The notes beneath the pieces are model-generated. The model was not told the DNA's origin and made no database searches. It worked only from the letters and a program-made list of their open reading frames with translations. From assembly GCF_902459465.1 (NCBI RefSeq), contig NW_022985697.1, positions 434,001 through 498,000 of the forward strand: DNA of 64,000 nucleotides, written 5' to 3'. This DNA is from Asterias rubens. Taxonomy: Eukaryota. Position numbers and translations under genes: made by a program. Positions 59,240-64,000 of the stretch are shown piece after piece (the first letter of the stretch is position 1; every line of letters starts with the position of its first letter).

Positions 59240-59960
59240 ACCGTAAGGAAGAGGGCGTATGAGTGCAGTCGAAAAGAGTCACCAATGGTAAGGAAGATGG
59301 GGTATGAGTGTAGTCAAAAAAAGTTGCCTATGGTAAAGAAGAGGGGGTATGAGTGTAGTTGACAAAGGTTGCCTTTGGAAAGGTAGGAAGAGGGGGTATG
59401 ACAGCAGTCAACTAAAGTCACCAATGGTAAGGAAGAGTGGGTATGAGCGCAGGGGTCGATTTCACAAAGAGTTAGGACTAGTCCTAACTAGGACTAGTCC
59501 TAGGAGATATACAAATTGCATTGATAGTCCTAAATTAGGACGAGTACTAACTCGAGATAAGACTAGTCCTAACTCTTTGTGAAATCCACCCCAGTGGACT
59601 GAAGTCACCTATGGTATTAAGGAAGAGTGGGTACGAATTCAGTCAACTAAAGTCACCAAAGGTAAGGAAGAGGGGGTATGAGCGCAGTGGACTGAAGTCA
59701 CCTATGGTATTAAGGAAGAGTGGGTACGAGTTCAGTCAACTAAAGTCACCAATGGTAAAGAAGAGGGGGTATGAGTGCAGTTGACTAAAGCCACCTATGG
59801 TTAGGAAGAGGGGGGTATGAGTGCAGTGGACTGAAGTCACCTATGGTAAGGAAGAGGGGGTATGTGAGTGCAGTTGACTTAAGTCGCCAATGGCAAGGAA
59901 GAGTGGGTACGATGTTTCAGTAAGGAAGAGGGGGGGGGGGGGTAGAGTACAGTCAACAAA
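59240..59960. repeat. Minisatellite, ~45-bp unit x~12 (ggtaaggaagagggggtatgagtgcagtcaactaaagtcaccaat)
   Basis: Tandem units on both sides of a MITE insertion. Confidence 0.9.
59453..59591. mobile_element. Harbinger-like MITE (139 bp) with CAG TSD inside the minisatellite
   Basis: gagcgCAG|GGGTCGATTTC...GAAATCCACCC|CAGtggactg; the empty-site equivalent gagcgCAGtggactg is at about 59680. Confidence 0.92.
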
Positions 59961-60653
59961 AGCAGCTTATGATAAGAACACAGTTAACAGGTCACCTAAT
60001 CTTCAGCAATTGCCTGCAATGGTTGTAGTAGTACTCATTATGACATTATAGGCAAGGTGGTTTTCTGTAGTAGGAGGCACCTCAATCAGGAAACAATTTG
60101 TACAAGAGCATTTCATGAGGCACCAAGACCATGACGAGAGGCAATGCCTCTTGTACAATAGTGTTCAGCAAACAACCTTTTTCTTTCAGGATTCTTGGTT
60201 TGAAAGGCCTTGCAAATGTGAACCCACTCTTAAATGTCAGGTGAACTTTAAAGACCGTAGCCAGTAGCCCTGTGTACCTATCTTCTAGTAAGGTATTGAT
60301 CGCCTCAGAATGCCATGACAGGAGCTTGTCCCAGGTCTTCTCTGCTGATTCAAATCAACAAACATTCTCATCACACAGACATGGGGCTCCCTCGTGGGAT
60401 TTCTCTAATTCGGTTCAATTTGGGTTTACCTAATAAAAAGACATCACTCTACATACAAGCATTTCACGAAACAAACAAATGGCTTGACAAAAACAACAAC
60501 TAGAAAATTGCATCCGAGTGCACTAAATTGAACAATTGGCTTTTCATTTTCGTAAGCACAGAATTCCCTGCTTCCGCAAGCTTGGTTTCTTGGTAATGGT
60601 AAGAACAGCCATAAAATTGGGCCCAACTCCTTTCATAGCCAGCACTCTTCCTT

Positions 60654-60729
60654 AAGGGATCTACACATGGTTGTACCTGCAAAGTTCACTAAAGGGATCT
60701 ACACATGGTTGTACCTGCAAAGTTCACTA
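60654..60729. repeat. Exact tandem duplication, 38-bp unit x2
   Basis: aagggatctacacatggttgtacctgcaaagttcacta at 60654 and 60692. Confidence 0.95.
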
Positions 60730-61080
60730 TTTATAGCTACTTCTTATTATCGTTAATCATCAACCACTGCCAGACTCCCACACTATTCACAATAAGACAG
60801 TCTTGCATCAAGCCAAGTGAAAACAGCATTAATTCCTTAAAGGCAGTATGGTAATGAGGGACGGCAGTAATTTTCCGCAAATTTGAAAATGTGCTTCAAA
60901 CACAGGGCTAAAAATAAACTTCTTTCCACTGGCCTGCACCCGATGTCACACCCGTCCTCATCTTGAGACACGAGAAAATGAAGGAAGAAGAAAGAGACTG
61001 GAACAGACTAGAGGAAATTAAAGCCTGGACTGTAATTACGGCCAGCTGAACACGGTCTAGCTTCCCCTCTCTATCTACAG

Positions 61081-61222
61081 TGGGATTGCTTGCCTGAATG
61101 AAGTCATCCCGTCACTGTTTGTCACAGTACACGGCCAGCGTGTTGCAACATTCTCATCATCCAACTCGGAAACGGAGCGAGGAAAGCGCGATGTGGATGG
61201 CTACACATCGCCTCATCCTTGA
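61081..61222 (+). CDS. Candidate terminal exon, antisense to Kv4 (GIACLNEVIPSLFVTVHGQRVATFSSSNSETERGKRDVDGYTSPHP*)
   Basis: Acceptor cttcccctctctatctacAG, locally GC/CpG-rich, 46 open codons in phase 1. No homology was recognised. Confidence 0.3.
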
Positions 61223-63249
61223 CTGTCCATCCCCGTCATTAGACACCCCCCTCCCTTTAAATGTTTCCAGCATACTGGAAAGCCATCAGGAAGTGTAATG
61301 ATTAGAACTGCCAAAACCATGTTTGGATAATACTTACAACTACAATCATAATCTGTTTAAGAACTATGGGGATTTCCAGGGTCATTATTCTCCCATTATT
61401 TCCCCTGGATTCATCAGACCTATAGAGTATTAAATGTACACATTATGTACTCTGACTATATTTCTATTCCATTGTATGCAGGTTTGGGACCTGTACATGA
61501 ACCATGTTTCTTGGAAGCCTAATCCCCACTTAAGACTCTATTGACCGGGTAAATATTACTACAAGGTTGACAATGTTTATTCAGAGAGATAGAACAGCCA
61601 TATGGATTCGTGTCTTATTATTCAACGCTGAAAATCAACGCAGGCTTGGTGCTTCATTCTTGGGCAAGGCGATATTTTTTTTCCGATACGTCACCTTTGT
61701 ACAAGTTATTTGTATTTCTACTGGAGCAATTCACAAGGCACCAAGGCTATGTCCAGGGGCATGGAGGTGATTACCCCACATGCATGTGAACAGATATTGC
61801 ATGAATATTGCTCTAATGCTTGAAGTTTGTCCATTACCAACACCGATATTAATTTTCGAAAACACCAACCCATCATTTAAGTGTGGAATATTGTTGTTGA
61901 AATAAAACCCGGACTAAACGAAGTAAAGAAAAAAGTTTTATCTTTTTTTTGAAACAGCATCATCTGTCAAAATTCGTTCAGAGAAAAGGTGCTTAATTTT
62001 TTTTTTTTTTTTTTTCCTTCTTGGGGGGGGAGGGTTTCAAGCAAACAAAATTGATTTTTTTTTTTTTTTATTTACTTACTGGTCCAAGTTTGTGTTTTTA
62101 TTTTCAATATATTGGCAGTTTTTTTATAATAAAATATATTAAGCTTTGTCTCTGTGTTTACTATTAATTTCCATTGTGTTGTTGGTTTATTGATATGTTA
62201 TTGATGTTATTTATTTTGTAAATAATAATAACTTCAAATCCGTCTTTCTTTTATCTATTCAGTAATTTTTGTAAAGCACCTCTTATGCGTAATTGGCGCT
62301 GTATGTTTTTATTTCTTTATAATTATTATCTTTAGTAAATACACCATTCCTAATGTTTGATATGCCACATTAAAAAAGCGTAGTCTGCTGCTGTACAGAT
62401 GATAGAAACTATCGCATCGATGAGAGTTTTATCCCGTTCAGGTGAGAACCAAATCAATATTGGTCTACCATACCCTTGATGGAATTATCCCTGACATAAT
62501 TTCAACAAAGGCGCCAAAGGAGATTACCGCAATGAAGAATAGCCTATTGTTACAATCGTCATCGCCACACAATGCGCTACGCTACTTTGGATAAATACAA
62601 TTTCAAAAGTGTTTTGGGGAAAACCAAGAATAGATTGGGACGTGGGAGGGGGATTTATTTTGTCTGTCCTAAAATACCACTGAGGGAGGCATTTATGAAG
62701 AGCAATAATCGATGAGAGAAAGGATTGTCAAGAAAGTAATCTACTTCACAGAAAGCTGTGTAAATAAAAGGGAAAAAATAGTAGAGACAGCTTTCCAACC
62801 ATTTAAATTCGCATTGGGCAAATAAGAATATTGTGTGGTAAACGATGGATGTTTTAAAAGCAAACACATATATGTATTTCTTTCTAGAAGAAAAGTTTCA
62901 TACTAAAGCACAAGAAAAGTACCACAAAAATCCTATCATTAACAGGTTACCAGCTAAAACACATTGTAATGTACATTTTAGGCGACCTGGTTCCCTGCTA
63001 TTTGTTGCTTAGCAGAAGAATCTGCATAGCACCAATTCCCGCTGACAGCCCTTATTTTAAACCACAAGAATTATGGCTAAGGCTAATTTAGCTCCGTCAT
63101 TAATTTTTAAAACCTACCCTTTTTAGGGCAGCTGGTTTTAAAAAAAAAACAGGTGGAGCTTGACCTGAAGAAGCAATTTTAGTTATAGATGAAATGAAAG
63201 CATTTCACACTGCATTTATTTCCACGCAACTGTTGCAAATCAACAACTT

Positions 63250-63365
63250 CTGTTTCGAATTTCATAAAGCTGCTGAAGCACAAAACTTTGCTTAGCAGAT
63301 GAGCAGGATACCAGTGACAGATTGTTGTACATGTGACATTATAGTTTGGCTGGTAAGCATATAAG
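63250..63365 (+). mobile_element. Fragment of GGCCCAATTTC-family MITE
   Basis: aatttcataaagctgctgaagcacaaaactttgcttagcagatgagcaggataccagtgaca...tggctggtaa; another fragment lies at about 62940-63020. Confidence 0.55.
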
Positions 63366-63719
63366 TTGGGCCGAGATTATTACAAAAAATTCACTTTTTA
63401 AAAAGAAAACAATTGATTTATTTGTTATTTTGCTGAGTGGTCCCACACAGTGTATCCAATGCACAATGCATTGTGTAGGGACGTTTCTGATACATGTTGA
63501 ATAATGAAGACCATGATTAGGAATAAATTACATACTCCATAATGCACTCTCCACATGCCTCACCTCTTGACATATTATATTACTGCTGCCGCTGCTACAT
63601 TATTTATTGAAAGCGCTTGGAGAATCCACTATTTCCATTCAAGTATATAATTTCTGAGAGATGTATCAGCATAACAAATGAACTAATATTGTGAACATTC
63701 ATAGATTTGTTCCAGAGAC

Positions 63720-63801
63720 ATACGAAACTAATGGCTAGTCCTAAGTTAACTCGTCCTAACTTGAAATTAGACTTAGTCTTAACTCTTTGTGAAATCCACC
63801 C
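63720..63801. mobile_element. Right part of a GGGTCGATTTC-family MITE
   Basis: ggctagtcctaagtta...ctctttgtGAAATCCACCC|CAG. Confidence 0.75.
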
Positions 63802-64000
63802 CAGCACAGACATAACATGGTAAACTGTTTTGGAGGGTGCTCTTTATTGCCAATCGGTGGTATTAAACCCATGCCATTATACGAAATTCTGACAGTATGT
63901 TATGATAAATTATTCCATGCAGTCGGCCGTATCTCAAATCAATCAAAATTAATAAGGCTGTAGTTTTAATTCAATACAAAAAATTACCCCTCCATGGATG

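Noticed and set aside
4632-59945. Multiple poly-G/poly-C tracts (e.g. 4632, 10909, 33757, 44220, 49826, 57730, 59930)
   Set aside because: They are scattered homopolymers with no regular spacing or shared flanks, and their lengths may be affected by sequencing error.
62530-62565. Minus-strand MTIVTIGYS resembling a K+ channel pore (TMTTLGYG)
   Set aside because: It lacks the GYG filter and the Kv4 context FWYTIVTMTTLGYGD, and a stop follows within four codons. Judged a chance resemblance.

Overview
AT-rich eukaryotic (animal) genomic DNA, densely filled with short non-autonomous transposons and minisatellites. It is probably from an invertebrate deuterostome such as an echinoderm; this is inferred from the Kv4 C-terminus and the repeat landscape and is not proven. 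Only one protein-coding feature is recognisable: the last coding exon of a Shal/Kv4 (KCND) voltage-gated K+ channel on the minus strand (44818..44396), ending ...VVRVSAL*. Its probable 3'UTR lies to the left. No upstream Kv4 exon was found in the 19 kb to its right, so that stretch is probably one large intron. A few orphan exon-like segments (14849, 11269, 31029, 61081) could not be assigned to a protein. The repeats are TTAA-flanked (Kolobok-like) MITEs, CWG-flanked (PIF/Harbinger-like) MITEs, tRNA-derived SINEs, one structurally complete non-autonomous Helitron, a 309-bp tRNA-like repeat unit with direct plus inverted ends, decayed Penelope-type hammerhead-like ends, a fossil non-LTR endonuclease fragment, foldback palindromes and about 14 tandem arrays. 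There is no rRNA, CRISPR array or intact autonomous element. Most ORFs in the supplied track look like chance or repeat-derived frames. All alignments were done by eye and no database search was run.
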